Translations under genes and position numbers: made by a program
Shown: positions 20,382 through 30,534 of the stretch, in pieces
Position numbering within the stretch: position 1 is the first letter of the stretch
Layout: each line of letters starts with the position of its first letter
DNA from: Candidatus Latescibacterota bacterium
GTDB lineage: Bacteria > Latescibacterota > UBA2968 > UBA8231
Length of the DNA stretch: 64,000 nucleotides
Assembly (NCBI GenBank): GCA_965219385.1
Contig: CBDCNM010000002.1
Coordinates: forward strand, 2,226,936 to 2,290,935
Direction of reading: 5' to 3'
The notes under the pieces: model-generated
The model's input: the letters and a program-made list of their open reading frames with translations, nothing else
Database searches by the model: none
What the model was told of the DNA's origin: nothing

Positions 20382-21290
20382 ATGAGCGACAAAAACAACG
20401 GCCAACCCTCGCAGTCGGGCACCCTCAAACTCAAGACCGGCCTGGCCGAAATGCTCAAGGGCGGGGTCATCATGGACGTGGTCACCGCGGACCAGGCCAA
20501 AATCGCCGAAGACGCCGGCGCGGTTTCGGTCATGGCGCTGGAGCGCGTGCCGGCCGATATCCGGGCCCAGGGCGGCGTCTCCCGCATGTCCAGCATCGAA
20601 AAGATCCGCGAGATCATGGAGGTGGTCAGCACCCCGGTCATGGCCAAGTGCCGCATCGGCCACTTTGCCGAAGCGCAGATGCTCCAGGCCCTGGGAGTGG
20701 ACTACATTGACGAGAGCGAGGTTCTGACCCCGGCAGACGAGCACTACCACATCGACAAATTCGCCTTTGAGGTGCCCTTTGTCTGCGGCTGCCGCAACCT
20801 GGGCGAGGCCCTGCGCCGCATCGGCGAGGGCGCCGCCATGATCCGCACCAAGGGCGAGGCCGGCTCCGGCAACGTGGTCGAGGCGGTGCGCCACATGCGC
20901 GCGGTCACCGATGAAATGCGCCGGCTGACTACCCTCAGGCCCGAAGAACTCATGACCGCGGCCAAGGACCTGGACGCCCCGTACGAGCTGATCAGACTGG
21001 TCGCCCAAACCGGCAAGTTGCCGGTGCCCAACTTTTCGGCCGGCGGCATTGCCACCCCGGCCGATGCCGCCCTGATGATGCAGCTGGGAGCCGAGGCCAA
21101 CTTCGTGGGTTCGGGGATCTTCAAGTCCGGCGACCCCCAGGTGCGCGCCCGGGCCATTGTCGAGGCCACCACCCACTACGAAGATCCGGACGTCCTGGTG
21201 CGCGTCTCCGAAAACCTGGGTGAAGCCATGGTCGGCATCGACATCAATACCCTGGAGGAGAACCAGCTCCTGCAAACCAGAGGCTGGTAG
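20382..21290 (+). CDS. pdxS: Pyridoxal 5'-phosphate synthase lyase subunit
   Basis: [40 protein letters not shown]-terminal RGW. Confidence 0.97.
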   Translation: MSDKNNGQPSQSGTLKLKTGLAEMLKGGVIMDVVTADQAKIAEDAGAVSVMALERVPADIRAQGGVSRMSSIEKIREIMEVVSTPVMAKCRIGHFAEAQMLQALGVDYIDESEVLTPADEHYHIDKFAFEVPFVCGCRNLGEALRRIGEGAAMIRTKGEAGSGNVVEAVRHMRAVTDEMRRLTTLRPEELMTAAKDLDAPYELIRLVAQTGKLPVPNFSAGGIATPADAALMMQLGAEANFVGSGIFKSGDPQVRARAIVEATTHYEDPDVLVRVSENLGEAMVGIDINTLEENQLLQTRGW

Positions 21291-21296
21291 CTTAAA

Positions 21297-21866
21297 TTGG
21301 CGATCGGGATTCTGGGGTTACAGGGTGATTTTGCAGCCCACGGCAGGATGCTGGAACAGGCGGGCAGGGCCGCGCAGGTCGTCAAAAAGCCCGAACAACT
21401 CGACCAGGTCGAGGGACTGATCATTCCCGGCGGCGAGAGCACCACCCTGATCAAGCTGATGGATCTGTATGGATTCTGGGACCCCCTGCGCGGCTTTGCG
21501 GGACGGGGCCGCCCCATCCTGGGCACCTGCGCCGGCATGATCCTCCTGGCCAGGGAGATCCTCAATCCGCCTCAGAAATCCCTCGACCTGATCGATCTGA
21601 CGGTCGAACGCAACAGCTACGGCCGCCAGCGCGAAAGCTTCGAGGCCACCGGCACATTCGCCCTGAACGGCCACGCCACGGATCTGGATATGGTCTTTAT
21701 TCGCGCTCCCCGGATCCGCCGTCTGGGGGCGGGGGTGGAATCCCTGGCCTGCTACCAGGCCGACTGCGTTCTGGCCCGCCAGGGCCAGATCCTGGTGGCC
21801 TCCTTCCACCCGGAACTGACCGACGACCTGAGGGTGCACCGCTACTTTCTGGATATGGTCGGGTAG
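21297..21866 (+). CDS. pdxT: PLP synthase glutaminase subunit
   Basis: LQGDF, PGGEST, GTCAG, FIRAP, FHPE. Adjacent to pdxS. Confidence 0.96.
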   Translation: MAIGILGLQGDFAAHGRMLEQAGRAAQVVKKPEQLDQVEGLIIPGGESTTLIKLMDLYGFWDPLRGFAGRGRPILGTCAGMILLAREILNPPQKSLDLIDLTVERNSYGRQRESFEATGTFALNGHATDLDMVFIRAPRIRRLGAGVESLACYQADCVLARQGQILVASFHPELTDDLRVHRYFLDMVG

Positions 21867-21886
21867 GCCCCTGCCGACCTGCCGAA

Positions 21887-22453
21887 TTAAAACTTGAACT
21901 GTACCTTTGCGGTGAAGCGATCCACGTCGATATTCTCATCCGAAAATACAAAGTCGTGCTGGTAGGCCAGTCCCACGCGCAAATGGTCGCTGAGCAGCAA
22001 CTCGGCACCCGCGCCCGGGACAATCCCGAACTTGCTGTCCCCCTGGTCCGGGGAGTAGATCTCGGCGTCCAGGGAAAGAAAATAACTAAAGGGCCGCAGA
22101 TCGTAGTTGGTGCGCATCCCCCCGCTGAACAAGCTTATCTTCTGCTCCGAGATATAACCAAAACCCAGCAGAAAAGAAAGCCCTTCCTCTATCTGGTAGC
22201 CCACGTTGAAACCGCCCAGCAAATCGGTCTGGGAGGAATGGTCCAAATTCTCGACCTCCTCGACCTCTACATCCACCCGGGCCGAGCCGAAGAAGCTCTC
22301 CAGAAAATAACGTCCGCCCAGTCCGTAGTACCTGTACCCGCCCGTGCCGTACTCGCTCCCTTCCGGCCCATCGGTCCGGCCCGTATCGGGCTCGGCTGCG
22401 CCGGCGCTTGCGACCAGGCCCAGGGTCCATACCAGCCATGTCCAGCGAAACAT
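21887..22453 (-). CDS. Small outer-membrane beta-barrel protein
   Basis: Signal peptide, alternating amphipathic strands and C-terminal Phe (VQFKF). Confidence 0.65.
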   Translation of the reverse strand: MFRWTWLVWTLGLVASAGAAEPDTGRTDGPEGSEYGTGGYRYYGLGGRYFLESFFGSARVDVEVEEVENLDHSSQTDLLGGFNVGYQIEEGLSFLLGFGYISEQKISLFSGGMRTNYDLRPFSYFLSLDAEIYSPDQGDSKFGIVPGAGAELLLSDHLRVGLAYQHDFVFSDENIDVDRFTAKVQFKF

Positions 22454-22468
22454 GTCCTGCTCTCCCTG

Positions 22469-23065
22469 TTAGAGTCCAATGCTCTTTTTCTTGAAGTGCT
22501 TGACGATTTCCTTGTGGTCCGTCCACACGATTTCCGTGGTTTCGATACTGGTCAGCTCAAAGGTGGCCTTGTAGTACATGGCCTTGTTCTTGCCGGCCTG
22601 TTGAATGGTGGAGGTGACGACCCCGCCCAGCGAAAAAGCCGCCGCTTTCTGCTTGCCGGGCCCTTTGGCCTGGTTCGGATCCACGTAGCCCGAGTCCTGG
22701 TACTCGTATTCCCTGGCGATTTCGCCCCGGGCCGCCTTGTCCAGGAAGGTGAACCTGCCGCTCTGGATCAACGCGGTCTTGACGTGATCGTAGAGCGCCT
22801 GCATGTCGATGTGCTCGGAGGTCTTGTTCCTGGGCGTCTCCAGAATCACCACGGGCTTTTCACCCATTTCCTGGCCCCCGATCCAGGCTTCGAGGGAGTT
22901 GATCATTTTCTTGGCGACCAGCTGCATATCGTTCTGGTTCCACTTGTCCTCCAGCATGTTGATCTCGCTCGGATCGGCATACTCTCCCCGGGTAAACACC
23001 CGGGGGCCGCCGCAGGCCGTCAGGCCCATCCCCAGGATCACCAGCCCCAAAACTAAAGACCTCAT
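22469..23065 (-). CDS. LpoB-family lipoprotein (PBP activator-like)
   Basis: Lipobox LTAC, NKTSEHID, SGRFTF, EIVW. Downstream of a COG3014-like gene. Confidence 0.75.
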   Translation of the reverse strand: MRSLVLGLVILGMGLTACGGPRVFTRGEYADPSEINMLEDKWNQNDMQLVAKKMINSLEAWIGGQEMGEKPVVILETPRNKTSEHIDMQALYDHVKTALIQSGRFTFLDKAARGEIAREYEYQDSGYVDPNQAKGPGKQKAAAFSLGGVVTSTIQQAGKNKAMYYKATFELTSIETTEIVWTDHKEIVKHFKKKSIGL

Positions 23066-23082
23066 ACTCGGCTCCTTTCGCC

Positions 23083-23946
23083 TCAATCCCATTCGCATTC
23101 GAAGTGTGTCCGCACCAGGTGCCACTTGTCCGGCAGCAGGGCGTCCTGCCTGTACAGAGCCTGCAATACGCAGTCCCGCTGCAGGGAACTCGAGGGGTAC
23201 TCGAATTCAAATGTCTGCACCCCGGCCCGATCCGCCGGCGGGATATCCGCCGAGGTGTAAATATCGGGTTTGGTCGAAGTAAAGACCATGGCTTTTTTCA
23301 CCCCGTGGGTTTTGAGCGGCGCCGAGGCCGCAAAGACCACCCGGCGCACCTTTTTGGGCAGCAGCAGGTCGGTGTTGTCGACCAGGGAATCGCGCTGCCA
23401 CTTCTGGCCTAAGATGGTGTGCAGATTGCCCATGAAAACGCGCTCGCGCTCCCCGTCCGGGATGATCAGGTAGAGAAAGCCCTTGCGCGCCTGAGTGGAA
23501 ACCGCCGGCGCGCCGCCCAGGCCCTCGAAATCCAGAACGATTTTCAGGTTGAGGGCGCGGTTGGGCGCCAGGGCGTGCAGCGACACCGCCTGGATTACCT
23601 CCGCGTCCACGCCGGCCTTTTTGAGCTCGACCAAGGCATCCACCGAGGCATCGCAGGCACAGCGCCGTTCCTGGATCATCTTGACGATGACCTCGGTGGC
23701 AAACTTGTTTTCACTGAGTTTGCGCACATCCTCCAGGGTCAGGGGCAACTGCTCCGAGCGCTCGTACAAGGGCGGTAGTTCACGGCCGTCCCAGTCGATG
23801 ATGTTAAAGACGTAGCCTTCTTCCAGCACGCTCTGGGCACTGACCCCCGAACCTGCTGGGGTGCCCTTTTGCGCCAGGCCCGGTCCCGCACCCCAGATGG
23901 TCCCTAGTGCCGCGACCAGGCCCGAAAAACACCATCTCATTCTCAT
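23083..23946 (-). CDS. Exported hypothetical protein
   Basis: Signal peptide, operon position and typical codon usage. Confidence 0.6.
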   Translation of the reverse strand: MRMRWCFSGLVAALGTIWGAGPGLAQKGTPAGSGVSAQSVLEEGYVFNIIDWDGRELPPLYERSEQLPLTLEDVRKLSENKFATEVIVKMIQERRCACDASVDALVELKKAGVDAEVIQAVSLHALAPNRALNLKIVLDFEGLGGAPAVSTQARKGFLYLIIPDGERERVFMGNLHTILGQKWQRDSLVDNTDLLLPKKVRRVVFAASAPLKTHGVKKAMVFTSTKPDIYTSADIPPADRAGVQTFEFEYPSSSLQRDCVLQALYRQDALLPDKWHLVRTHFECEWD

Positions 23947-24032
23947 TGTTCTCTCCCTGTATTTAGAGACTGTTGCAAAACCCCCGGCGGCCTCGGACCA
24001 AGGAGCGACTTTCCGGACAGACTCGCACAGGA

Positions 24033-25400
24033 TCAGCGATAGCTCCGGTAATTCAGGAAAACCGGCTTGCCGGCCACCACTTCGACCCCGGGGAACCGGG
24101 TGGTTTCCACCACCTGGCCCTCCCCATTTAAAAACTCCAGGACCAGGTCAACTGTTCCCGGCGGCAGCGAAAAACGCGCGATCTGGATATTGGCCGGCAG
24201 CGATAACCAGCTGCGGGTATCGGCCGCTTCGGTGGAAACGCCGAAGAAATTGACCAGGTACCCCAGGACTTCGTTCTTCTTTTTGGCTTTCTGGGTCACC
24301 AGGTACTTGGCCAGGCCCCGCGCTATGATGCGCAACAGGATGGCGTCCTCTTTTTCGCGGAAGCTTTTGAAGGCAATGGCATCCAGATCCTCCACCACCA
24401 CCGAACGCACGCTCTGCTCCCCCGCGCTCAGGAGCGCGCTTTGAATCTGTCTGGGTACACTCTGATAAAAGGGCAAAGCTAGTTTGAGCCAGTACTCCAC
24501 CTTGTCGTAGCGGCGGTGGTGGTGATAGCGGTAGACCATCTGATCCGACAGCACCCAGACGTCCCAGATGCCGTCGTCTTCCAGGATCGGCACATTGATC
24601 TCGTTCTGGCGCTTGCGGGGAACCGATCCGATCTCCACGAAGACAATGACTTCGCCGCCAGTTCTGGTCTCTAGCTCGGCCGGCTCGAGTTTGTAGCGTT
24701 TTTTGTAGGTCTCCAGATCATCTTCGTACCCCATCCTGGCGGCCAGCCGGGCCAGGTCCCTGGCCAGCATCCGCGGGACCCTCAGACCAAAGGCCTGGTT
24801 GTAGGCCCGGTATCCCTTTTCCGCGTCCTTATAAGATATATAAGCATCGTTCAACTCGCCCTCGGCCTCGAAGAACAACCCGGACATGTACTGGAGAAAG
24901 GAGTCGTTTTTGTAGCTGAGTTCGTATTCTGCTGCCGCGGCGTACTCCTCCAGGCGCAAATTCGCCTTGCGGCATTCCACCAGGGCTTCCTGGGGCTGAC
25001 CCAGGTAGTGGTAGTTCATGGCCTGGTAGTAGTGAATGAGCGAGCGTTCGAACTCCTCGCCGCTGTAGGGCCGGATGGCATCGTTGGTGACCAGCGCGGC
25101 TATTTCCCGGGAGATGGATTTGGCGTAGAGTTCGTCGATCAGGCGCTCGGCCTTGGCGAATTCCCGGTTGGAGGCCTCGTACTGGCCCTGGTAGTGGAGG
25201 ATCAAGCCTTTTTCGAGACGGTAGAGGAGTTGGTTGGTCTTGCCCTTTGGTTTTTGCTTTTCGAGCCTGTCCAGGGCTCCTTGGTAGTCCCGGCGCTCCA
25301 GGCTCTTCAGGGAATCCTTCATGAAGCCCGAATAGCCTGCAGCGCATCCTGCCAGCACTAATACCAAAAGAAAAAAAGAACGGTTCCCAGATCCTTTCAA
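24033..25400 (-). CDS. COG3014-like TPR lipoprotein
   Basis: Lipobox LAGC, PYSGEEFE, EALVECRK, EAADTRSWLSLP. Confidence 0.75.
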   Translation of the reverse strand: MKGSGNRSFFLLVLVLAGCAAGYSGFMKDSLKSLERRDYQGALDRLEKQKPKGKTNQLLYRLEKGLILHYQGQYEASNREFAKAERLIDELYAKSISREIAALVTNDAIRPYSGEEFERSLIHYYQAMNYHYLGQPQEALVECRKANLRLEEYAAAAEYELSYKNDSFLQYMSGLFFEAEGELNDAYISYKDAEKGYRAYNQAFGLRVPRMLARDLARLAARMGYEDDLETYKKRYKLEPAELETRTGGEVIVFVEIGSVPRKRQNEINVPILEDDGIWDVWVLSDQMVYRYHHHRRYDKVEYWLKLALPFYQSVPRQIQSALLSAGEQSVRSVVVEDLDAIAFKSFREKEDAILLRIIARGLAKYLVTQKAKKKNEVLGYLVNFFGVSTEAADTRSWLSLPANIQIARFSLPPGTVDLVLEFLNGEGQVVETTRFPGVEVVAGKPVFLNYRSYR

Positions 25401-25627
25401 GCCTCATCCCCTGGTAGAAAGTCCGCTGCGTCACGATAGCCCAGATGTAGGATGCTCTGCCGCCCTGAGATGTTCCCCGCGGCAACCGCAAGGCCTTCGC
25501 CAGTCCTATATAGGTTCGGGAGGATTTGCATGCGCATAACCATTCTCCTGCAAGGGCTTGCTGAAAACAATCGAGCGCCTTAATATAAAAATCTATCCGC
25601 GGGTTTCAAACCGCGTGGAGAAACAAC

Positions 25628-25798
25628 ATGGACAAACCAAATGAAAAACTGATTACTTCCGTCGATCTGCACTACGAGCACATCGCCGCGGTCCTGCGGG
25701 GCAGGGAAGAGCGGGCGGTCATGGCCGCGATTGAGGCGGGGCAGCAATCGGTGGCCCGGAAACAGGCCGCCCGTGTCGAAGGGGTGGCCGGGGCATGA
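25628..25798 (+). CDS. 56-aa small hypothetical protein
   Basis: GGAG RBS, MDKPNEKLITSVDLHYEHIAAVLRG..., ATGA overlap with the TrmH gene. Confidence 0.55.
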   Translation: MDKPNEKLITSVDLHYEHIAAVLRGREERAVMAAIEAGQQSVARKQAARVEGVAGA

Positions 25799-26391
25799 AA
25801 AGCCCGGGCCCCGGCGACTACGGCGCGGAGACCGGCTTTGAAGTCCGCAACCACGACTCGCCCCTGAGCCTGGAAGCCTACCAGCGCCTGCCCCGAAACC
25901 CCGTCCACCTGGTCCTGGACAATTTGCGCAGCGCCTTCAATGTGGGCTCGATCTTCCGCACCGCAGATACCGCCCGCATCGCCGGCATCACCACCTGCGG
26001 CTACACCGCCCACCCGCCCCACCCCAAGCTGGAAAAGACCGCCCTGGGCACCCTGCAGTACATTCCCACCGACCACTCCGACACCACCCTGGCGGCCGTC
26101 GAATCCCTGCAGGCCCGGGATATCCCGGTCTGGGCCCTGGAAACCACCCCCCGCAGCAAGACCTACACGGCCGTACCCTATCCCCGGCCCCTGGGCCTGG
26201 TCCTGGGCAACGAAGCCCTGGGGGTGGGCCGCGAGGTGCTGGAGCAGTGCGACGAGTTGATCCAGATCCCCATGTACGGGTTCAAGAACTCGCTCAATGT
26301 GGCGGCTGCCGGCGCCGTGGTGGTGTTCGAGATCCTGCGGCAATGGGACGATGACGGAGGCGCGCGATTACTTCAGGGGCCGTCTTTGTAA
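25795..26391 (+). CDS. SpoU/TrmH family RNA methyltransferase
   Basis: LDNLRSAFNVGSIFRTAD, LGNEALG, IPMYGFKNSLNVA. Confidence 0.9.
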   Translation: MKSPGPGDYGAETGFEVRNHDSPLSLEAYQRLPRNPVHLVLDNLRSAFNVGSIFRTADTARIAGITTCGYTAHPPHPKLEKTALGTLQYIPTDHSDTTLAAVESLQARDIPVWALETTPRSKTYTAVPYPRPLGLVLGNEALGVGREVLEQCDELIQIPMYGFKNSLNVAAAGAVVVFEILRQWDDDGGARLLQGPSL

Positions 26392-27620
26392 GGGGTCTCG
26401 AGGTACTGCCGGGCCAGTTTGTGGTTATCCCCCTGATTGTCCAGTTTCCCGACCTGCTCGTAACACGCCACCGCCGCTGCCCGCTCGCCCTGCAAATCGT
26501 AGGTCATGCCCAGCAGTAGATGGCCTAGGACAACGTAGCCGTTATCTCCTTCCTTGCCCTGACCCGAGCCCAGGCTATTCACCGCCGTGAACCTTTCCTC
26601 CGCCTCCTTTAGCCGTCGCTGATAAAAGGCGAATTTACCCAGGTGGTAGAGGGCTTCCATGTGCCCCCGCACATGGTAACCGGCCCGCCCCTCTCTACTG
26701 CGGCGGACCACCTCCTGGTAAAGCGGCACACTGCGTTTCCAGCGGCCCAGATCCGCCAGGACGCGGGCGGTATAGCGGTGGAAAAGCGCGTTGTCCGGAT
26801 AGCGGCTGTAGAGCTTTTCCAGGTAGGGGAGGGCCTTGTGGTTGTTGCGCTCGAACACCCGGTAGATCTGCGCCAGGAAGTAAGCTGCTTCGGACCGGGC
26901 GTAGCGCCCCTCCTCCGCAACTTCCCGCAGTTGTTGCAGACCCTTCTCCCGGTCGCCATCGGGCAGGAACCACATAACCGGCCGGATGATGGGATGTTCG
27001 CGGGGCATGACCGCGGCAAAGTAGTTGTAGATGCCCCGGCCAAAGAGGATATCCTTGTTGGTGGGTTCCATCCGGCGGCTGCGTTTGAGCAATGGCAGGC
27101 TCTTGAGGCCGTCGTTGGCCGCCCGCAGGTACTGGCCGCGGTCTCCGCGCAAGCGTCCGCGAAAACCAATGGCGCCGGCCTTGAAGAGGATGGCGTCGAA
27201 GTCGTCCCGGTCCTGCTTGAGGCGCTGGTCGCAGACCTTGATGCACTTTTCCAGGAGTTTGTAGAAGGCCTCGTCGTGGGCGCGATCGTCCAGGTCAACG
27301 AGCACCCGCCACCAGGTGACCATGGCCAGGAAGAAATGCCCCAGAGGATTGTCCGGGTCGGCCGCTATGACCCTTTCGAAGTAGCGATCCGCGGCCTTGA
27401 ATTTAAGGTTGTAGATCAGGTCGATGCCGTACTGGATGCGCTCGTCGTAGCCCCGCAGGGTGTAGGTGTAGGTATCCGGAGAAGATGAGATCTGGGCCGG
27501 CAGAGGTAAGGGCCACAGGATCCAGGCAACAAACAACAGAGTGACGATGATCACAGGGTCCGATGCCCGCTGGAGGTAGCGTTGTTGAAACAGAGTGGAT
27601 AACCTATAATTGTTGGCCAT
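26373..27620 (-). CDS. TPR-repeat protein, exported or membrane-anchored
   Basis: N-terminal hydrophobic helix and multiple TPR-like helices. Start uncertain. Confidence 0.65.
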   Translation of the reverse strand: MANNYRLSTLFQQRYLQRASDPVIIVTLLFVAWILWPLPLPAQISSSPDTYTYTLRGYDERIQYGIDLIYNLKFKAADRYFERVIAADPDNPLGHFFLAMVTWWRVLVDLDDRAHDEAFYKLLEKCIKVCDQRLKQDRDDFDAILFKAGAIGFRGRLRGDRGQYLRAANDGLKSLPLLKRSRRMEPTNKDILFGRGIYNYFAAVMPREHPIIRPVMWFLPDGDREKGLQQLREVAEEGRYARSEAAYFLAQIYRVFERNNHKALPYLEKLYSRYPDNALFHRYTARVLADLGRWKRSVPLYQEVVRRSREGRAGYHVRGHMEALYHLGKFAFYQRRLKEAEERFTAVNSLGSGQGKEGDNGYVVLGHLLLGMTYDLQGERAAAVACYEQVGKLDNQGDNHKLARQYLETPYKDGP

Positions 27621-27650
27621 AACACCCACACCTTTCAAAAGAGGATCCTC

Positions 27651-29138
27651 ATGGGAAAGGACTTCCCCGTCTCCGGCGGTGAGGCGACTGAAAAGGCCGC
27701 GGATCGGACCGTCCGGGATCCATATTATAAACCGGAAACCCCCGAACCTGCAAAACCGGGAACGCCCATACAATACGATATCATCGTCATCGGCGGCGGC
27801 TCGGCCGGGTACGCCGCGGCCCGCACGGCCCGGGACGCCGGCGCCGACGTGGCCATAGTCGACCACGGTCCCCTGGCCGGCCTTTGCATCCTGCGGGGCT
27901 GCATGCCCAGCAAAGCCATCCTGCGCTCGGGGGAGATCATCTCCCTGATGCGGCGGGGTCCGGAATTCGGTCTGCTGCCCGTGGAGCCGGGGGCCGACCT
28001 GGAGACTATCATCGCGCGCAAGGAACGCCTGGTGCGCGAATTCGCCGGCTACCGCATCCAGCAACTGCGCGATCCAGGTTTCACCCTCTACGAAGACACG
28101 GCTCGCTTTGTCTCGGCGCATGAGATCCAGGTGGGAATCTGGATCCTCCAGGCCGACCGCTTCATCATCGCCACCGGCTCGGTGCCGCGCCACGTCCCCA
28201 TTCCCGGCCTCGTCGAGGCTGGCTACATCACCAGCGACGAGGCCCTTGAATTGCGCCGGCAGCCCGAGTCTATGCTGGTCCTGGGGGGCGGGCCCGTGGC
28301 CGTGGAACTGGCCCAGTTCTACGCCCGCATCGGCACCCGGATCACCCTGATCCAGCGCAGCCACCACATCCTCTCCCAGAGCGACGAGGACCTGGCGCGG
28401 TCGGTGGAAGCCCGTTTCCGCCAGGAGGGCATGGAGGTCTACACCAGCACCCGGCTGCACCGCTTTAGCAGCGAGGGCCCCTTGAAGATTGCGCACTTCT
28501 CTCACCAGGGACGGGAAAAGACGGCCGCGGCCCAGGTGATCCTGCAGGCCCTGGGCCGCCGGCCCAATATCGATGGGCTGGCGCTGGAAGCAGCCGGGGT
28601 TGAAACCGAGCACGGGCGCATCGCGGTCAATGCCCAGATGCGCACCAGCCAGCCCCACATCTTTGCCGTGGGCGACGTCAACGGTCTGCACGAAATCGTC
28701 CACATCGCCATCCAGCAGGGCGAGATCGCCGGGTACAATGCCGCCCACCCTGAAAAACCACCCCGCCGCACGGACGATCGTCTCAAGGCCATGGTCGTCT
28801 TCAGCGATCCCCAGATGGCCAGCGTGGGGCTGTGCGAAAGGGAATGCCAGGAAGAGGACGTCCCCTACCTGATGGCCTCCTACCCTTTCGACGACCACGG
28901 CAAATCCATGTGCCTGGGAGAACTCCACGGCCACGTCAAACTGCTGTGCCGCCCGCGCACCGGCGAGCTGGTCGGAGCCCATATCGTCGGTCCGGAGGCC
29001 GGCGAGTTGATCCACGAACTCATCGCCGTCATGTACTTCCGCGGCACGGTCCGCGACCTGGAGCGGATCCCCCACTACCATCCGACCCTGGCCGAGATCC
29101 TGACCTATCCGGCCGAAGAGCTGGCAGCGCAACTGTAA
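27651..29138 (+). CDS. Class-I pyridine nucleotide-disulfide oxidoreductase (dihydrolipoyl dehydrogenase-like)
   Basis: IGGGSAG, GLCILRGCMPSK, LGGGPVAVE, FAVGD, HPTLAE. Confidence 0.88.
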   Translation: MGKDFPVSGGEATEKAADRTVRDPYYKPETPEPAKPGTPIQYDIIVIGGGSAGYAAARTARDAGADVAIVDHGPLAGLCILRGCMPSKAILRSGEIISLMRRGPEFGLLPVEPGADLETIIARKERLVREFAGYRIQQLRDPGFTLYEDTARFVSAHEIQVGIWILQADRFIIATGSVPRHVPIPGLVEAGYITSDEALELRRQPESMLVLGGGPVAVELAQFYARIGTRITLIQRSHHILSQSDEDLARSVEARFRQEGMEVYTSTRLHRFSSEGPLKIAHFSHQGREKTAAAQVILQALGRRPNIDGLALEAAGVETEHGRIAVNAQMRTSQPHIFAVGDVNGLHEIVHIAIQQGEIAGYNAAHPEKPPRRTDDRLKAMVVFSDPQMASVGLCERECQEEDVPYLMASYPFDDHGKSMCLGELHGHVKLLCRPRTGELVGAHIVGPEAGELIHELIAVMYFRGTVRDLERIPHYHPTLAEILTYPAEELAAQL

Positions 29139-29140
29139 AA

Positions 29141-29168
29141 AAAGGCTCCGGAATACTCCGGAGCCTTT
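29141..29168. terminator. Intrinsic, probably bidirectional terminator
   Basis: AAAGGCTCCGGA-atac-TCCGGAGCCTTT with a flanking A-run, between convergent genes. Confidence 0.8.
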
Positions 29169-29186
29169 GGGCTGCACTGCCTCCGA

Positions 29187-30500
29187 TCAGTCGTAGTATT
29201 CCTGCCCGAGGTGGGTGATCAGATCCTCGCCCTGCAAGAAGCGCAGGGTATTCTTGAGCTTCATCAACTGGATGAACAAATCGTGCTCGGGATAAAGTTC
29301 CGGCGCCGTCATGGGGCTCTTGAAGTAGAAGGAGAGCCACTCCTGGACCCCGTGCAGGCCGGCGCGCTGGGCCAGATCCGCGAACAGGACCAGATCCAGG
29401 ACCAGGGGCGCGGCCAGGATGCTGTCGCGGCACAGGAAGTCCACCTTGATCTGCATGGGATAACCCAGCCAGCCGAAGATATCTATGTTGTCCCAGCTTT
29501 CTTTCTCGTCGCCGCGGGGAGGATAGTAGTTGATGCGCACCTTGTGGTAGAGATCCTGGTAGAGCCTGGGGTAGAGATGGGGCTGCAGGATGTATTCGAG
29601 GACCCCGAGCTTGCTTTCTTCCTTGGTCTTGAAGGAGTAGGGGTCATCCAGGACTTCGCCGTCGCGGTTGCCCAGGATGTTGGTCGAGAACCAGCCGTGC
29701 ACGCCCAGCATGCGCGCCTTGAACCCGGGCGCCAGGAGGGTCTTCATCAGGGTCTGTCCGGTCTTGAAGTCCTTGCCGGCGATGGGCGCTCCCTTGTGCC
29801 GGGCCAGCTCCATCAGGGCCGGGGTGTCCACCGTCAGATTGGGCGCGCCGTTGAGAAAGGAAATCCCTTCCTGCAAGGCGGCGTAGGCGTAGATCATGCT
29901 GGGGGCGATGGCCTGGTTGTTCTCTTTCAGTCCCTTTTCAAAGGCTTCGATGCTGTCGTGCGTCGGGCTCGGCTCCATGAAGATCTCGGTGCTGCCGCAC
30001 CAGATCATGACCAGCCGTTGCAGCCCGTGCCGGGCCTTGAAATCGTGGATGTCCTCGCGCACCATCTGCGCCAGGTCCCACTTGCTCTGGGCTTCTTTGA
30101 CGTGGGAACCCTCGAGCCGGCGCACGTAGTTGCGGTCGAAGATCGCCTTCCAGGGTTGGATTGCGGAGAGCGGCTCCCGCAGGGTGTCCAGGGTGTCCTG
30201 TTTTAAGACTCCAGCGTGGCTGGCGGCCTGGTAGCAGTCGTCCGGAAACACGTCCCAGCCGCCGCATACCAGATCCTCAAGCGCGGCCAGCTCCACGAAG
30301 TCCTTGATCAGGGGGGAGCGGTTGTCGGTGCGCTTGCCCAGGCGGATGGTGCCCATCTGGGTCAGGGATCCCACTGGTTCGCCCAGGCCGGCTTTGATGG
30401 CCTCCACCCCCGCGATGAAGGTGGTGGCCACGGCGCCCATGCCGGGGATGAGCACGCCCAGCTTGCCTTCGGGCTTTTCTATTTTCTTAGGTTTGTTCAT
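29187..30500 (-). CDS. ino1: myo-inositol-1-phosphate synthase
   Basis: GMGAVATT, GKDFKTGQT, NILGNRDG, GDEKESWD, RDSILAAP, SFYFKSP. Confidence 0.92.
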   Translation of the reverse strand: MNKPKKIEKPEGKLGVLIPGMGAVATTFIAGVEAIKAGLGEPVGSLTQMGTIRLGKRTDNRSPLIKDFVELAALEDLVCGGWDVFPDDCYQAASHAGVLKQDTLDTLREPLSAIQPWKAIFDRNYVRRLEGSHVKEAQSKWDLAQMVREDIHDFKARHGLQRLVMIWCGSTEIFMEPSPTHDSIEAFEKGLKENNQAIAPSMIYAYAALQEGISFLNGAPNLTVDTPALMELARHKGAPIAGKDFKTGQTLMKTLLAPGFKARMLGVHGWFSTNILGNRDGEVLDDPYSFKTKEESKLGVLEYILQPHLYPRLYQDLYHKVRINYYPPRGDEKESWDNIDIFGWLGYPMQIKVDFLCRDSILAAPLVLDLVLFADLAQRAGLHGVQEWLSFYFKSPMTAPELYPEHDLFIQLMKLKNTLRFLQGEDLITHLGQEYYD

Positions 30501-30534
30501 CGTCTTCTCCGCTATGAGGGATTGCACTCACTGT

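Noticed and set aside
27651..29138. Mercuric reductase MerA
   Set aside because: No C-terminal Cys-Cys pair and no mer genes; the HPTLAE motif fits the LpdA-like group.
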